A DNA stretch of 64,000 bases from the NCBI GenBank assembly GCA_963836755.1, contig CAWIKF010000001.1, positions 32,001 to 96,000 of the forward strand, read 5' to 3'. Below are positions 9,355 through 20,189 of the stretch, piece after piece. The notes under the pieces are model-generated. The model searched no databases and was not told where the DNA came from. It was given only the letters and a program-made list of their open reading frames with translations. Every line of letters begins with the position of its first letter. Position 1 is the stretch's first letter. A program made the translations under genes and the position numbers. Source of the stretch: an uncultured Verrucomicrobiae bacterium. GTDB lineage: Bacteria > Verrucomicrobiota > Verrucomicrobiia > Chthoniobacterales > Chthoniobacteraceae.

Positions 9355-11295
9355 CTATTCGATCTCGAGGCGGATGTAGTCGTAGAGGACGCCTTGTGTC
9401 CAATCGCGGGCGTGGGTCGTGAGGGCGATGACATTTTTACCGGGGACTAGGAGAGATGTGTCGAAGGTCAGGTCGCGCAGGATCTCCGTGGCGCGGATGC
9501 CGTCGCGGTGCATGACGCCGTTTGACGGCAGCGGGCCGGTGGTGCCGGCGGGTTTGCCGTTGACGGTGAGGTCGATCTGGCTGTCGCGCGTGCCGCAGAG
9601 GGCGAGGCGCAGGGTGGCTTTGCCCTTCGGGACTTGCGGCATGTCAAAGGTGATGCGCCAGGTGGTGCCGGTCCATTTGCCATTGGCGTCCTGGACGGGC
9701 GGCTGGGCGTAATCCCAGTCGCGGTGGTAATCGCTTTTGCCGATGATGAAGTTGACGCCATTCGGGAATTCCTGCGGGTAAAGGTTGTAGAGGCCCCACT
9801 GCCAGTAATGGTCGCCGTGGCGGAATTCCTCGGCGCTGCGGTTCGGGATGCCGATGTCCCAGATCTGGCGGCCGTCGCGGACGGGGGTCCATGTGAGCTG
9901 GCCGAGGTCGTTGGTTTTGCCGGCCTCGACCGTGACGTCGGCTTTGCTGAAGTCGCCGAGGATGCCGTCGTTAAATGCGTAAAGGGTGTAGGTGCCGGGG
10001 CGGGCATTCGGGATGGTGAAGGCGCCGTTTTGATCGGCGTGCGTCCAGTATTGGTAATATTTCCCGTCGGTGTCCCATCCGACCTGAAAAGGTTTGTTGC
10101 CTTGGTCGATGGCGGTGTAAGGCGGGTGCGCGAGGCCGACCCACGCGTGGGCGGCGGTGGCGCTGGGCTGCTGCGGGTCCTGCACGGTGATGCGGCCGCT
10201 GACTGCACCGCGGTCGGCGGCGTTGGCGTAGCCGGGGGCTTTTGCCCATGCGTAAGGCCATTCCTTTTTCTCGATGGCAGCGCGGTCGAGCGCTCCTTTC
10301 CACATCGCATCGGGCGTTGCGGCGCTGTCGCAGTAGAAGAGGAATGGGCCGATGATTTTGTTCCAGGATTCATCCTGCGCGAGCGCGAGGGCGGTGCCGC
10401 CGTAATGGAAGCTGTGCCAGATGAAGAGGAGGGTCGGGTTGGCGTCGGCGTTGTCTTTCAGGTCGATGTGGCCACCGTAATCGACACGGGTGGGGCCGTT
10501 GTTCATATATTCGATGCTGGGGTTGACGATCCAGAGGCCGACGTCTTTCGTGCTGCTGCTCCAGCCCCATGCGGGGGTCTCGGCGAAGAGCATGTTGTAG
10601 TCATACTTGTGCTCGACCTCGCCTTTGTGGATGCCGGTGGTCATGCGGCGGGCTTCCTTCAGGTTGAGCGGCTGGCCGTGCAGCCAATCGTAGCCGGTGA
10701 TCATCTGTTTGTTCCGGCGGCTGTCGATGGTGAGGTGGTCGAAAATCTTCGGGTTGAGTTTCAGGCAGACGGTGGAGGCTTCGATGTCGAAGGCGGGATA
10801 GCCGGGCTTGTGCGTGACGCTGGTCCAGCCGTAAACACCGGAGTCGCCGCGCTTCAACGTGTAGCGGATGGCGATGTCGAGCGGCTCACTGATGCCGGCT
10901 TTGTAGGGAAAAAGAAGTTCGAACTCGCCGATCGCGCCGCCGTTCTTCGCCGGGTCTTGCGTGATCGTGAGCACGGAAGGCATGCCTTTCACCTGCGTTC
11001 TCGGCGCGGTCCGCGCGTCATTGGCCGGCGTGCTGCCATAGACATTCCAATAGCCGGTGCCGCCGCCGAGGAGGTCGAGACCTTTGTAGGTGAGGCTGCG
11101 GATGTCGGCGTTGGAGCGCGCGACTTTGATCGAGACGACGCCGTTTTCCATGGTCACAAAGTCGTCGTCCTGCGTGATGGTGACGGATTTATCAACGTCG
11201 GGATTTGGCGACGTGGCGGGCGCGCTTCGCAAAGGCGACGACGCGAGCAAAAACGACGAGGCGAGCAGAGCGAGAGAACGGAGGGAGCGATTCAT
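9355..11295 (-). CDS. Secreted rhamnogalacturonan lyase (PL4 family)
   Basis: Signal peptide; GEVEHKYDY, YYQYWTHAD...NARPGTYTLYA, IWDIGIPNRSAEEF, C-terminal YDYIRLE. Confidence 0.85.
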   Translation of the reverse strand: MNRSLRSLALLASSFLLASSPLRSAPATSPNPDVDKSVTITQDDDFVTMENGVVSIKVARSNADIRSLTYKGLDLLGGGTGYWNVYGSTPANDARTAPRTQVKGMPSVLTITQDPAKNGGAIGEFELLFPYKAGISEPLDIAIRYTLKRGDSGVYGWTSVTHKPGYPAFDIEASTVCLKLNPKIFDHLTIDSRRNKQMITGYDWLHGQPLNLKEARRMTTGIHKGEVEHKYDYNMLFAETPAWGWSSSTKDVGLWIVNPSIEYMNNGPTRVDYGGHIDLKDNADANPTLLFIWHSFHYGGTALALAQDESWNKIIGPFLFYCDSAATPDAMWKGALDRAAIEKKEWPYAWAKAPGYANAADRGAVSGRITVQDPQQPSATAAHAWVGLAHPPYTAIDQGNKPFQVGWDTDGKYYQYWTHADQNGAFTIPNARPGTYTLYAFNDGILGDFSKADVTVEAGKTNDLGQLTWTPVRDGRQIWDIGIPNRSAEEFRHGDHYWQWGLYNLYPQEFPNGVNFIIGKSDYHRDWDYAQPPVQDANGKWTGTTWRITFDMPQVPKGKATLRLALCGTRDSQIDLTVNGKPAGTTGPLPSNGVMHRDGIRATEILRDLTFDTSLLVPGKNVIALTTHARDWTQGVLYDYIRLEIE

Positions 11296-11470
11296 AAGCG
11301 GGGAGAAAATTCGTAATCGGCGGCGTCTATGAAGTCAAATTTTGACGCGCGCGGAACCGCTGCCGAAGTGTTGGACAACGGCGCCGCAAAGCTTTAAACA
11401 AGCCAAACTTTCCCTGCGGCTCACTCATCACCGGCCGAAGATTGCGCTGAGCGCCGCAGGAAAGATCCTC

Positions 11471-12757
11471 ATGCACCCCACCGATTCCGCCCTGCATCCC
11501 AGAACAAAATACCGCTGGCTCATCTGCTCGCTGCTTTTTTTCGCGACGACGATCAACTACATGGATCGGCAGATTCTTTCGCTGCTGAAGCCGATCCTCG
11601 ACTCGCAGCTCCACTGGACCAGCACCGAGTTTGGCTCGATCAACGCAGCGTTTCAGGCGGCTTACGGCGTAAGCCTTTTTTTCTTCGGCTGGTTCATCGA
11701 TAAATACGGCACCAAGCTCGGCTACGCCGTCTCGATCGCCGGTTGGAGTTTGGCGGCAATGGCGCATGCGGCTGTCGCATCGATCGGCGGGTTCTTCGTG
11801 GCGCGGCTCGCGCTCGGGCTTTGCGAAGGCGGAAATTTTCCCGCAGCGATCAAGGCGACCGCGCAATGGTTTCCGAAAAAAGAGCGCGCCTTCGCCACCA
11901 GCCTGCTCAATTCCGGCGCGAACGTCGGCGCGATCATCGCCCCGGCCATCGTGCCGCCGATTGCTTATGCGCTGGGATGGCAATGGGCTTTCATCGTGAC
12001 CGGTCTCGCCGGATTCCTCTGGATCGCTTTCTGGTGGAAACTTTTCGCGTATCCCGAAAATTCACAGCGCGTTTCTGCGGGCGAGCTTGCCTGGATCGAA
12101 TCCGACGCGCCCGACCCGAGCGATGGCGGCGGCGCGGTCTCGTGGGCATCGGTCTTGAAACATCGCGAGGCGTGGTCGTTCGTCGTCGCAAAATTTCTCA
12201 CCGATCCGATCTGGTGGTTTTTCCTGATCTGGCTGCCCGACTTTTTTAAGAAAACGCGCGGCATGGATATCAAGCAAAGCTGGACGCTGCTCGTCTCGAT
12301 CTACTCGATCATCACCGTGCTGAGCATCCTCGGCGGCTGGGCCACCGGCTATCTCACGACGCGCGGCTGGAGCATCACGCGCGCGCGAAAAACCGGCCTC
12401 TTCGTCTGTGCTCTTTGCGTGGTGCCGATTGCGTTTGCCACTCAAGTCGGCGACTGGACGGCGGTGCTGCTGATCGGTCTCGCCGGCGCCGCGCACCAGG
12501 CATGGTCGGCGAATTTATTCACGACCGTTTCCGACATGTTTCCGAAGCGCGCCGTCGCGCGGCTGACCGGTGTCGGGAGCACCGCGGGCTCGTTCGGCGG
12601 AATACTTTTTCCGATTTTCACCGGCCTGATGCTCGACCATTTTCGCAACGGCTACACCATCGTTTTCTGCTGTTGTCCGGTCGCTTATTTTCTCGCGTTC
12701 GCCATCAATCACGCGCTCGCGCCGCGCTTCGAGCCGGTCAAATTTCCCGTGAAATAG
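11471..12757 (+). CDS. exuT: MFS hexuronate transporter (ExuT-like)
   Basis: RWLICSLLFFATTINYMDRQ, EGGNFPAAIK, WFPKKERA, AAHQAWSANL; adjacent to uxaC. Confidence 0.85.
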   Translation: MHPTDSALHPRTKYRWLICSLLFFATTINYMDRQILSLLKPILDSQLHWTSTEFGSINAAFQAAYGVSLFFFGWFIDKYGTKLGYAVSIAGWSLAAMAHAAVASIGGFFVARLALGLCEGGNFPAAIKATAQWFPKKERAFATSLLNSGANVGAIIAPAIVPPIAYALGWQWAFIVTGLAGFLWIAFWWKLFAYPENSQRVSAGELAWIESDAPDPSDGGGAVSWASVLKHREAWSFVVAKFLTDPIWWFFLIWLPDFFKKTRGMDIKQSWTLLVSIYSIITVLSILGGWATGYLTTRGWSITRARKTGLFVCALCVVPIAFATQVGDWTAVLLIGLAGAAHQAWSANLFTTVSDMFPKRAVARLTGVGSTAGSFGGILFPIFTGLMLDHFRNGYTIVFCCCPVAYFLAFAINHALAPRFEPVKFPVK

Positions 12758-12763
12758 TTTCGC

Positions 12764-14203
12764 ATGAAAACCTTCATCACCGACGATTTTCTTCTCCACT
12801 CCGACGTCGCGCGCGAGCTTTACCACGACCACGCGAAGCTGCAGCCGATTTACGATTTTCACTCGCATCTGCCGCCGCGACAGATCGCCGAAAATCACAC
12901 CTTCGCCGACCTCACGGAAATCTGGCTCGCGGGCGATCATTATAAATGGCGCGCGATGCGCTGGAATGGCGTGCCGGAAAAGTTCTGCACCGGCGACGCG
13001 ACGCCGTGGGAAAAGTTTCTCGCCTTCGCGCGCACCGTCCCGCACACGGTGCGCAATCCGCTTTACCATTGGACGCACCTCGAGCTGGAGCGCTACTTCG
13101 GCATCCGCGAACTGCTCGACGAGACGACGGCAAAATCAATCTGGGAACGCGCGAACGAGCAGCTCAAAAACATGCCAGTGCAAGAAATTTTGCGCCGCTT
13201 CAATGTCGTCGTTTCCTGCACCACCGACGATCCGGTGAGCGAGCTGGCGGAGCATCGGCGCATTCGCGACGAAGGAAAATTGAGCACGCGCGTTTATCCG
13301 ACTTTCCGTCCCGATGGCGCGCTGAATGTTTCGGACATGATCGCTTTCAACAGTTGGGTGGAAAAGCTCGCGAAAGTCAGCGGAATCGCGTGCAAAAACT
13401 TTGACGAATTTCTCGCAGCGTTGCGGCAGCGGCACGATTTTTTTCATGAAATGGGCGGCCGACTTTCGGACCACGGATTGAATGCGCTTTCCGACGGCGG
13501 CCTCGGCGCATGCGACTGGGAAGGAACGAAAGACGAAGCCGCGAAAACTTTTTCCGATTTGCGCGCGGGCAAAAGACCGCCGCACGCCGGGCTCGAGGAA
13601 AATTTTCGCGCATACATGATGCTTTTCTTTGGCTGCCTCGATGCCGAGCGCGGCTGGACAAAGCAATTGCACCTCGGCGCAATCCGCAACAACAACACGA
13701 AGATCATGGCAGCGGTCGGAGCGGATGCCGGTGCCGACTCGATCGGCGACTTCTGCCAAGCCGAGGGACTTTCGCGCTATCTCAACATGCTTTCGAGGGC
13801 TGACAAACTTCCGAAAATGGTGCTCTACAACCTGAATCCGGCGGACAATTACATCTTCGCGGCAATGGCCGGAAATTTTCAGGACGGCAGCATTCCCGGC
13901 AAAATCCAATTCGGCAGCGGCTGGTGGTTTCTCGATCAAAAAGAGGCGATGGAATGGCAGATCAATGCGCTCTCAAACATCGGCCTGCTCAGCCGCTTCG
14001 TCGGAATGCTCACCGACTCGCGCAGTTTTCTCTCGTTCCCGCGCCACGAGTATTTTCGGCGCGTGCTGTGCAATCTCATCGGCCGCGATGTCGTCAACGG
14101 CGAGCTGCCGCACGACATGAAACTGCTCGGCGGCATGGTTGAAAATATTTGCTTCAACAACGCCCGCGATTTTTTCGGGTTAAAGTTGAACCAGCAAGCG
14201 TGA
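12764..14203 (+). CDS. uxaC: Glucuronate isomerase
   Basis: DFHSHL, GDHYKWRAMR, NPLYHWTHLEL, GSGWWFLDQ, GMLTDSRSFLSFPRHEYFRR. Confidence 0.97.
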   Translation: MKTFITDDFLLHSDVARELYHDHAKLQPIYDFHSHLPPRQIAENHTFADLTEIWLAGDHYKWRAMRWNGVPEKFCTGDATPWEKFLAFARTVPHTVRNPLYHWTHLELERYFGIRELLDETTAKSIWERANEQLKNMPVQEILRRFNVVVSCTTDDPVSELAEHRRIRDEGKLSTRVYPTFRPDGALNVSDMIAFNSWVEKLAKVSGIACKNFDEFLAALRQRHDFFHEMGGRLSDHGLNALSDGGLGACDWEGTKDEAAKTFSDLRAGKRPPHAGLEENFRAYMMLFFGCLDAERGWTKQLHLGAIRNNNTKIMAAVGADAGADSIGDFCQAEGLSRYLNMLSRADKLPKMVLYNLNPADNYIFAAMAGNFQDGSIPGKIQFGSGWWFLDQKEAMEWQINALSNIGLLSRFVGMLTDSRSFLSFPRHEYFRRVLCNLIGRDVVNGELPHDMKLLGGMVENICFNNARDFFGLKLNQQA

Positions 14204-14239
14204 GCGAGGTCTTAAGCCGTCCGCGCCTGTTTTACTTCG

Positions 14240-15766
14240 ATGAAATTCCTTTTCCAATTCGTGGCAATCGTGTGCCTGCCGATCTTGTGCCGAAGCGCGC
14301 AATTTCAGCAAAATGACGCATTTCTGAAATCCAGCGGCGGCGAAATTCGGGATCGTGCCGGCGCGGGCGACATCGTCCATTTGCGCGGCGTCAATCTCGG
14401 CGGCTGGCTGGTGATGGAGGGATGGCAGACGCCGATGGACGCGGGGAATCTGAAGGACGATTGGTCGGTTCGCGAGACGCTCACGAAGCGCTTCGGCGAG
14501 AGCGTGAAGGACTCGCTCATGGTGAATTACGAGGAGACATGGATCACGGAGGTTGATCTCGACCACATCGCGGCGATGGGCTTCAACGTGATCCGGCTGC
14601 CGTTTTGGTATTTGAATTTGCAGGACGAAAAAGGCGCGTGGCGGCCGGACGCGTTTCAAAAGCTCGACTGGCTCGTGACGAATGCGTGGAAGCGGCACAT
14701 TTACACCATTCTCGATTTTCACGGCGTTCCCGGCGGCCAGAGCGATGGTGACAGCACCGGCCGCGTGCGCAAAAAAGACGAGACCGGCGTCGAGCCGACG
14801 TTTTGGAAAAACGAGGAAAATCTCCGGCGCACCGCGGATATCTGGACGAGCATCGCGCGGCATTTTGCGGGGAATCCCGCTGTGGCCGCTTACGATTTAA
14901 TCAACGAGCCGACGGGCGCGCCGAGCCGTGACGTTTTGTGGAAGGTCTATGATCGCCTTTATCACGCGATCCGCGCCGTGGACCCCGATCACATGATCGC
15001 GATCGAAGGCTGCTGGGGCGGCCAGGTAAATGGCAAATACATGGGCTGGGGGCTGAACGTGCTGCCGCCGCCGACACATTTCGGCTGGACGAACGTCCTC
15101 TACGAAATCCACGCTTACGAGTGGGCGTGGAATGACCTCGAGAAACAGCGGCGCAACTCCGAAGGCGTCGTCAGCGACATCGCGGCGCACGCGTCGTGGA
15201 AGGTCCCGGTGTTTCTCGGCGAGTTCAATTGCATGGGTCAGGCTTGGGATTACTCGATCGACCTTTACGAGAAAAACAACGTCTCGTGGGCGGTGTGGAC
15301 TTACAAAGCGACACACGGCACCGGCTCCGACAGCTGGGGCGTTTTTAATCCCAAGGATCCGATGCCGCCGAAGCCCGACATCGCGAAAGATTCTGCCGAG
15401 ACCATCCGCGCAAAATGGCGGCACTGGAGCACCAAAACGGAATTCGCGCAAAATCAAAAGCTCGCGCGCGTTCTGACGATGCCGGTGCCGACGGATGATC
15501 AATATGATGCGCATCGCGGTTTCCCGCTAAGCATCGCTGCGCCGGGTGTGCTGGCGAATGACCACAGCGCGAATCCCGACGCGGGAAAATTGACCGCGCG
15601 AAAAGATTCCGATCCAGCGCATGGCACGCTGACGCTGAAAGAGGACGGCTCGTTCACATATTTACCACGCGGAAATTTTCCCACTGTTGACTCCTTTCGC
15701 TATTCCGTTTCTGACGGCAAACACGAATCCGTTTCCGCTGGTGTTGTTTCCATCACGGTGCGCTGA
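14240..15766 (+). CDS. Secreted GH5 glycoside hydrolase with C-terminal Ig-like (Big_9) domain
   Basis: LRGVNLGGWLVME, DLINEP (acid/base), VFLGEF (nucleophile); C-terminal GVLAND...PAHGTLTL..DGSFTY..DSFRY. Confidence 0.85.
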   Translation: MKFLFQFVAIVCLPILCRSAQFQQNDAFLKSSGGEIRDRAGAGDIVHLRGVNLGGWLVMEGWQTPMDAGNLKDDWSVRETLTKRFGESVKDSLMVNYEETWITEVDLDHIAAMGFNVIRLPFWYLNLQDEKGAWRPDAFQKLDWLVTNAWKRHIYTILDFHGVPGGQSDGDSTGRVRKKDETGVEPTFWKNEENLRRTADIWTSIARHFAGNPAVAAYDLINEPTGAPSRDVLWKVYDRLYHAIRAVDPDHMIAIEGCWGGQVNGKYMGWGLNVLPPPTHFGWTNVLYEIHAYEWAWNDLEKQRRNSEGVVSDIAAHASWKVPVFLGEFNCMGQAWDYSIDLYEKNNVSWAVWTYKATHGTGSDSWGVFNPKDPMPPKPDIAKDSAETIRAKWRHWSTKTEFAQNQKLARVLTMPVPTDDQYDAHRGFPLSIAAPGVLANDHSANPDAGKLTARKDSDPAHGTLTLKEDGSFTYLPRGNFPTVDSFRYSVSDGKHESVSAGVVSITVR

Positions 15767-15792
15767 ACGCACTTCCGTTAACGCATCTTTTC

Positions 15793-18700
15793 ATGAAAAA
15801 ATTTCTGCCCTTCATTGTCTTGTTGGTTCCCGTCGTCGCAAAGTCGGCAGCGTGGCAACCCGCTACCGCGCCGCTGATGACCAAATGGTCAAAGGACGTA
15901 TCGCCGGAAAAAACGTTGCCCGAATACCCGCGTCCGCAAATGGTTCGGGAGAGTTGGCTGAATCTCAACGGCCTCTGGGATTACGCTTTGACGCCAAAGG
16001 ATGCGACTGCCGCGCCGGAAAATTTCACCGGTAAAATCCTCGTTCCATTTCCATACGAATCTGCGCTGTCGGGCGTGGGCCAGCCGAGCGTGCCGGACCA
16101 ACGGCTCTGGTATCGTCGCACTTTTACCATTCCAAAAAGCTGGCAGGGCCAGCGCGTGCTGCTGCACTTTGGCGCGGTCAATTGGCAAAGCTCTGTCGCA
16201 GTCAATGGGCACCAGCTCGGCGAGCACAAGGGCGGGTATACTGCCTTCGATTACGACATTACCGACTCTCTCAAAGTAGGTGAAAATGAGCTGGTCGTCT
16301 CGGCTTCAAATCCGTTGAAAGTGGATGTGAAGGACGCACAGGTGACAGGAAAGCAGCGTCTGCACCCGCACGGAATCTTTTACACCGGTGCAACGGGAAT
16401 CTGGCAAACGGTCTGGCTGGAGCCGGTGCCAGCAGTGCACATCGCGGGCTTAAAAATCACTCCCGATGTGGACAACAACGCGGTCAAACTTTTGGTTCAA
16501 GCGGATGGAGATGCCGCGGTAAAAGTTACGGTCATTGATGCGGGAAAGGCCATCGCGACGATGGATGGAAAAGCGAATGCAGAACTAAATTTGCCAATTC
16601 AAAACCCGCATCTCTGGTCGCCGGACGATCCTCATCTTTATGATTTAAAAGTGTCGCTGAATGGCGGTGCGGATTCGGTGGAGAGCTATTTCGGGATGAG
16701 AAAAATTTCCGTCGCCAAGGATGCAAATGGAGTGAATCGCATTTTTCTAAATGGCAAATTCGTTTTTCAGCGCGGCGTGCTCGATCAAGGCTACTGGCCC
16801 GATGGCGTCTATACCGCGCCGACGGATGAAGCTTTGCGTTCCGATTTGGAAATGATCAGGAAGCTCGGCTTCAACCTCAGTCGAAAGCACGCGAAGGTTG
16901 AATCGGATCGCTGGTATTTCTGGGCCGACAAACTCGGCGTTCTTGTCTGGCAGGACATGCCGCAAATGTTTGGTGCGATCGATCCGAACAACAAGGCTGC
17001 TGGACAGCAGATCGACGATGCGACGAAGGAAGAATTTGCGAAGGAGTTGAAGTCGGAAATCGCGGAGTTTTATAACCATCCCTCGATCATCGTCTGGACG
17101 GATTTCAACGAAGGCTGGGGCCAGCACGACACGGAAAAAATCGCAGCGCTGACAAAGGAACTCGATCCCACGCGGCTCGTAAACAGCGCCAGCGGCTGGG
17201 TGGATAAAGGGGTCGGAGACATCCAGGACTCGCATCATTATCAGACGCCGTGGTGCAACAAGCCTTCGGGAAATCGCGCATCGGTCGGCGGCGAATTCGG
17301 CGGCATCGGCATGAGCGTGCCGGACCATTTGTGGTCGAAAAAATCGTGGGGTTATGAAGGAGTTTTGACGCGCCAATACGACCTCGACAAAAAGTATCAG
17401 GAGCTTTTGAAAGAAGCTTACAAGCTCCGCGACGGGCAGGGAATGAGCGCGTTTGTTTACACTCAGCTCACCGACGTGGAGCAGGAAATCAATGGGCTGA
17501 TGACTTATGACCGGAAGGTCGTGAAGCCCGATCTGCAAATAGCTTCCGAGGCGACGCGCGGAACTTTTCTTCCATTGCCATCAGATCTTTCGTCAACACT
17601 TCCGACGGTGAAAGTTGCTCCGAAGGTTTCTCGAAAAGTTGAACCGTTTTCGCTGGCCGACGTGCGCCTTTTGCCGGGACCGTTCCAGCACGCGCAGGAT
17701 CTCGATCGAGATTATTTGCTGTCACTGGAGCCAGACCGTTTTTTGCACAACTTTCGTCTCAACGCCGGGCTTGAGCCAAAGGCGCCGATCTACGGCGGCT
17801 GGGAAAGTCAGGGCGTGGCTGGGCATACGCTCGGGCATTATCTCTCCGCGCTTTCGATGATGTTTCAATCAACCGCCGATCAGCGCCTGAAAGCAAAGCT
17901 CGATTATTGCGTGGATGAGCTCGCGCTTTGCCAGGCGAAAAGTCCCGACGGCTACGTCTCCGCGATCCCGAATGGCCGCGCGATGTTTGATGGCGTCAAA
18001 GACGGCGACCCGAAAGCGACGCAGCGCGGTTGGGTGCCGTGGTATACGATGCACAAACTTTTCGCCGGCCTGCGCGACGCGTATTTGCTCACCGGCAACG
18101 AAAAGGCGAAGGACGTTCTCATCAAGCTTTCCGATTGGGCACTGGCCACCACGAAAAATCTCACTCCCGGCCAATGGGACGTCATGCTTTGGCAGGAACA
18201 AGGCGGCATGAATGAAGCGCTAGCGGATGTTTATTCCATCACCGGCGACGCGAAATACCTCGAGCTCGCGCGCAAATTTTCCATGCGCCCGCTGCTAAAT
18301 GCGATGAGCGAGGGTCGCGACATCCTCGACGGCTGGCACGCCAACACGCAAATCCCGAAAGTGATCGGCTTCGAGCGCATCTATGAATTGACCGACGATC
18401 CGAAGTATCGCGAAGCCGCGCGCTTTTTCTGGAACACCGTCGTCGACAACCGCACCTATGTGACCGGCGGCAATTCGGATCACGAACACTTTTTCAATCC
18501 CGCCAGAACGAGCGAGCATCTCTCCGCGGAGACGGCTGAAAATTGCAACATTTACAACATGCTCAAGCTCACGCGCGATCTCTACGAGGTCGCGCCGGAC
18601 GAGACGCTCGTGGCGTATTATGAGCGCGCGCTCTTCAACCAAATCCTCAGCTCGCAGGATCCGGTGAAAGGCGGCTTCAACTATTTGAATTCGCTCAATC

Positions 18701-19950
18701 CCGGCGGCTTCAAAGTTTACTCCAATCCGACGACCGCGTTTTGGTGCTGCGTCGGCACCGGCATGGAAAATCACGCGAGATACGGCAACTCGATTTACTT
18801 CCACAACGCCGACGCGCTTTTCGTGAACCTCTTCATCGCCTCGCAACTGAAGTGGGCGGAGAAAGGCGTCACGCTCACACAGAAGACGCGTTTTCCGGAT
18901 GACGACGTCAGCGAGTTTACCGTCGGAATTGATAAGCCGACAAAGTTTTTGCTCAAGCTGCGCCAGCCGAACTGGACGAAAAATCCGACGCTCATCGTCA
19001 ATGGCGAACCGCAAAAAGTTACCAGCCAGCCCGGCGGCTACGAGACCATCGAGCGCGAATGGAAAAGCGGCGACGTCGTTTCATGGCGCCTGCCGATGAG
19101 TCTTCACGCCGAGGCGTTGCATAACGATCCTGCGCATCAGGCGATTCTCTTCGGACCCATCGTTATGTCCGGAGCGATGGGCCGCGAAGGCATGGACAAA
19201 ATTTCCGATTACGTGGACGAGCAGACGAAATACTCAAACTTTCCCGCGCCTGAGATGCCCGCCTTTGTCTCCGATGCCGACTCGTTAAAGTTCGACGCAT
19301 GGAGTCAATATTTCACCCGCGTGGCCGGCCCCAGCCTCGCCTTCACAGTGCATGGGCTCGCGCAGATGACTTCCGGCGAGCAAGTGGAAGTGAAGCTCAT
19401 TCCGTTTTTCCGCGCGCAACACATGCGCTACAACGTTTATTGGAAAGTTTACACACCGCAGCAATGGGCGGACGTGCGTGCGAAAGTTGCCGCCGAGCAG
19501 GCGCACGAGCGCGAGATCGCCGCGCGCACAATCGACGAGTTTCGTCCGAACGAGCAGCAATCTGAAGCCGATCACAAACTCCACGGCGACCATTCGCGCT
19601 CCGGAATGGCTTCCGGCAAAAACTGGCGCGACGCGTTTGACGGCGGCTACTTCGCATTCGATTTGAAAGTCACTCCAGACGCGCCGAACGAGCTCGCCGT
19701 GACTTACTGGGGCGCCGAATCGGGAAATCGAATTTTTGACATCGTCGTCGACGCTCAAAAAATCGCGACAGAAACGCTCCTCGGCAAAAATGGTCAACGA
19801 TTTTTTGATGTCAATTACGCCGTGCCAGCGGAGCTGACGAAAGGAAAGTCGACGGTCGAAGTGCGTTTCCAGGCGCATCCCGGAGCGATGGCGGGCGGAG
19901 CTTTTGGGGTCCGCATGCTGCGATCTGAGCCGACAGTCTCCAAACGCTAA
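15793..19950 (+). CDS. Secreted bifunctional glycosidase: GH2 module fused to GH127/GH146 beta-L-arabinofuranosidase module
   Basis: GH2: PEYPRPQ, LLHFGAV, LDQGYWPDG, NHPSI..W..FNEGWGQ, GEFGG. GH127/146: GHTLGHYLSAL, HANTQIPKVIG, ENCNIYNMLKL, FWCCVGTGME. Confidence 0.88.
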   Translation: MKKFLPFIVLLVPVVAKSAAWQPATAPLMTKWSKDVSPEKTLPEYPRPQMVRESWLNLNGLWDYALTPKDATAAPENFTGKILVPFPYESALSGVGQPSVPDQRLWYRRTFTIPKSWQGQRVLLHFGAVNWQSSVAVNGHQLGEHKGGYTAFDYDITDSLKVGENELVVSASNPLKVDVKDAQVTGKQRLHPHGIFYTGATGIWQTVWLEPVPAVHIAGLKITPDVDNNAVKLLVQADGDAAVKVTVIDAGKAIATMDGKANAELNLPIQNPHLWSPDDPHLYDLKVSLNGGADSVESYFGMRKISVAKDANGVNRIFLNGKFVFQRGVLDQGYWPDGVYTAPTDEALRSDLEMIRKLGFNLSRKHAKVESDRWYFWADKLGVLVWQDMPQMFGAIDPNNKAAGQQIDDATKEEFAKELKSEIAEFYNHPSIIVWTDFNEGWGQHDTEKIAALTKELDPTRLVNSASGWVDKGVGDIQDSHHYQTPWCNKPSGNRASVGGEFGGIGMSVPDHLWSKKSWGYEGVLTRQYDLDKKYQELLKEAYKLRDGQGMSAFVYTQLTDVEQEINGLMTYDRKVVKPDLQIASEATRGTFLPLPSDLSSTLPTVKVAPKVSRKVEPFSLADVRLLPGPFQHAQDLDRDYLLSLEPDRFLHNFRLNAGLEPKAPIYGGWESQGVAGHTLGHYLSALSMMFQSTADQRLKAKLDYCVDELALCQAKSPDGYVSAIPNGRAMFDGVKDGDPKATQRGWVPWYTMHKLFAGLRDAYLLTGNEKAKDVLIKLSDWALATTKNLTPGQWDVMLWQEQGGMNEALADVYSITGDAKYLELARKFSMRPLLNAMSEGRDILDGWHANTQIPKVIGFERIYELTDDPKYREAARFFWNTVVDNRTYVTGGNSDHEHFFNPARTSEHLSAETAENCNIYNMLKLTRDLYEVAPDETLVAYYERALFNQILSSQDPVKGGFNYLNSLNPGGFKVYSNPTTAFWCCVGTGMENHARYGNSIYFHNADALFVNLFIASQLKWAEKGVTLTQKTRFPDDDVSEFTVGIDKPTKFLLKLRQPNWTKNPTLIVNGEPQKVTSQPGGYETIEREWKSGDVVSWRLPMSLHAEALHNDPAHQAILFGPIVMSGAMGREGMDKISDYVDEQTKYSNFPAPEMPAFVSDADSLKFDAWSQYFTRVAGPSLAFTVHGLAQMTSGEQVEVKLIPFFRAQHMRYNVYWKVYTPQQWADVRAKVAAEQAHEREIAARTIDEFRPNEQQSEADHKLHGDHSRSGMASGKNWRDAFDGGYFAFDLKVTPDAPNELAVTYWGAESGNRIFDIVVDAQKIATETLLGKNGQRFFDVNYAVPAELTKGKSTVEVRFQAHPGAMAGGAFGVRMLRSEPTVSKR

Positions 19951-20189
19951 TCGTCGCATGGTGAAAAGTTGGTGCGCCGAAGCAGGCACGCCCGCGCGAA
20001 GAGCTCCATGACAGATGCCTCTCCAACTTTTCCATGAACAGTCGCCGCGAATGAAATTTCTCGACCCGTGCTCGAAGCCGAAAATGTCACACTCCCTGCG
20101 TGCGGAGCCGCTCCCACGCGGCGCCGCGCCCGCTTCCAAAGTTTTTCGTGAAGCCGCTGCCCGGTGAATTAGTCTCCAGCGGGGCAACC

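Noticed and set aside
8995..9450. ORFs 8995-9450 (+) and 9106-9300 (-) as genes
   Set aside because: Their openness is explained by the 21-bp palindromic repeat; one overlaps the PL4 3' end; no recognisable domain
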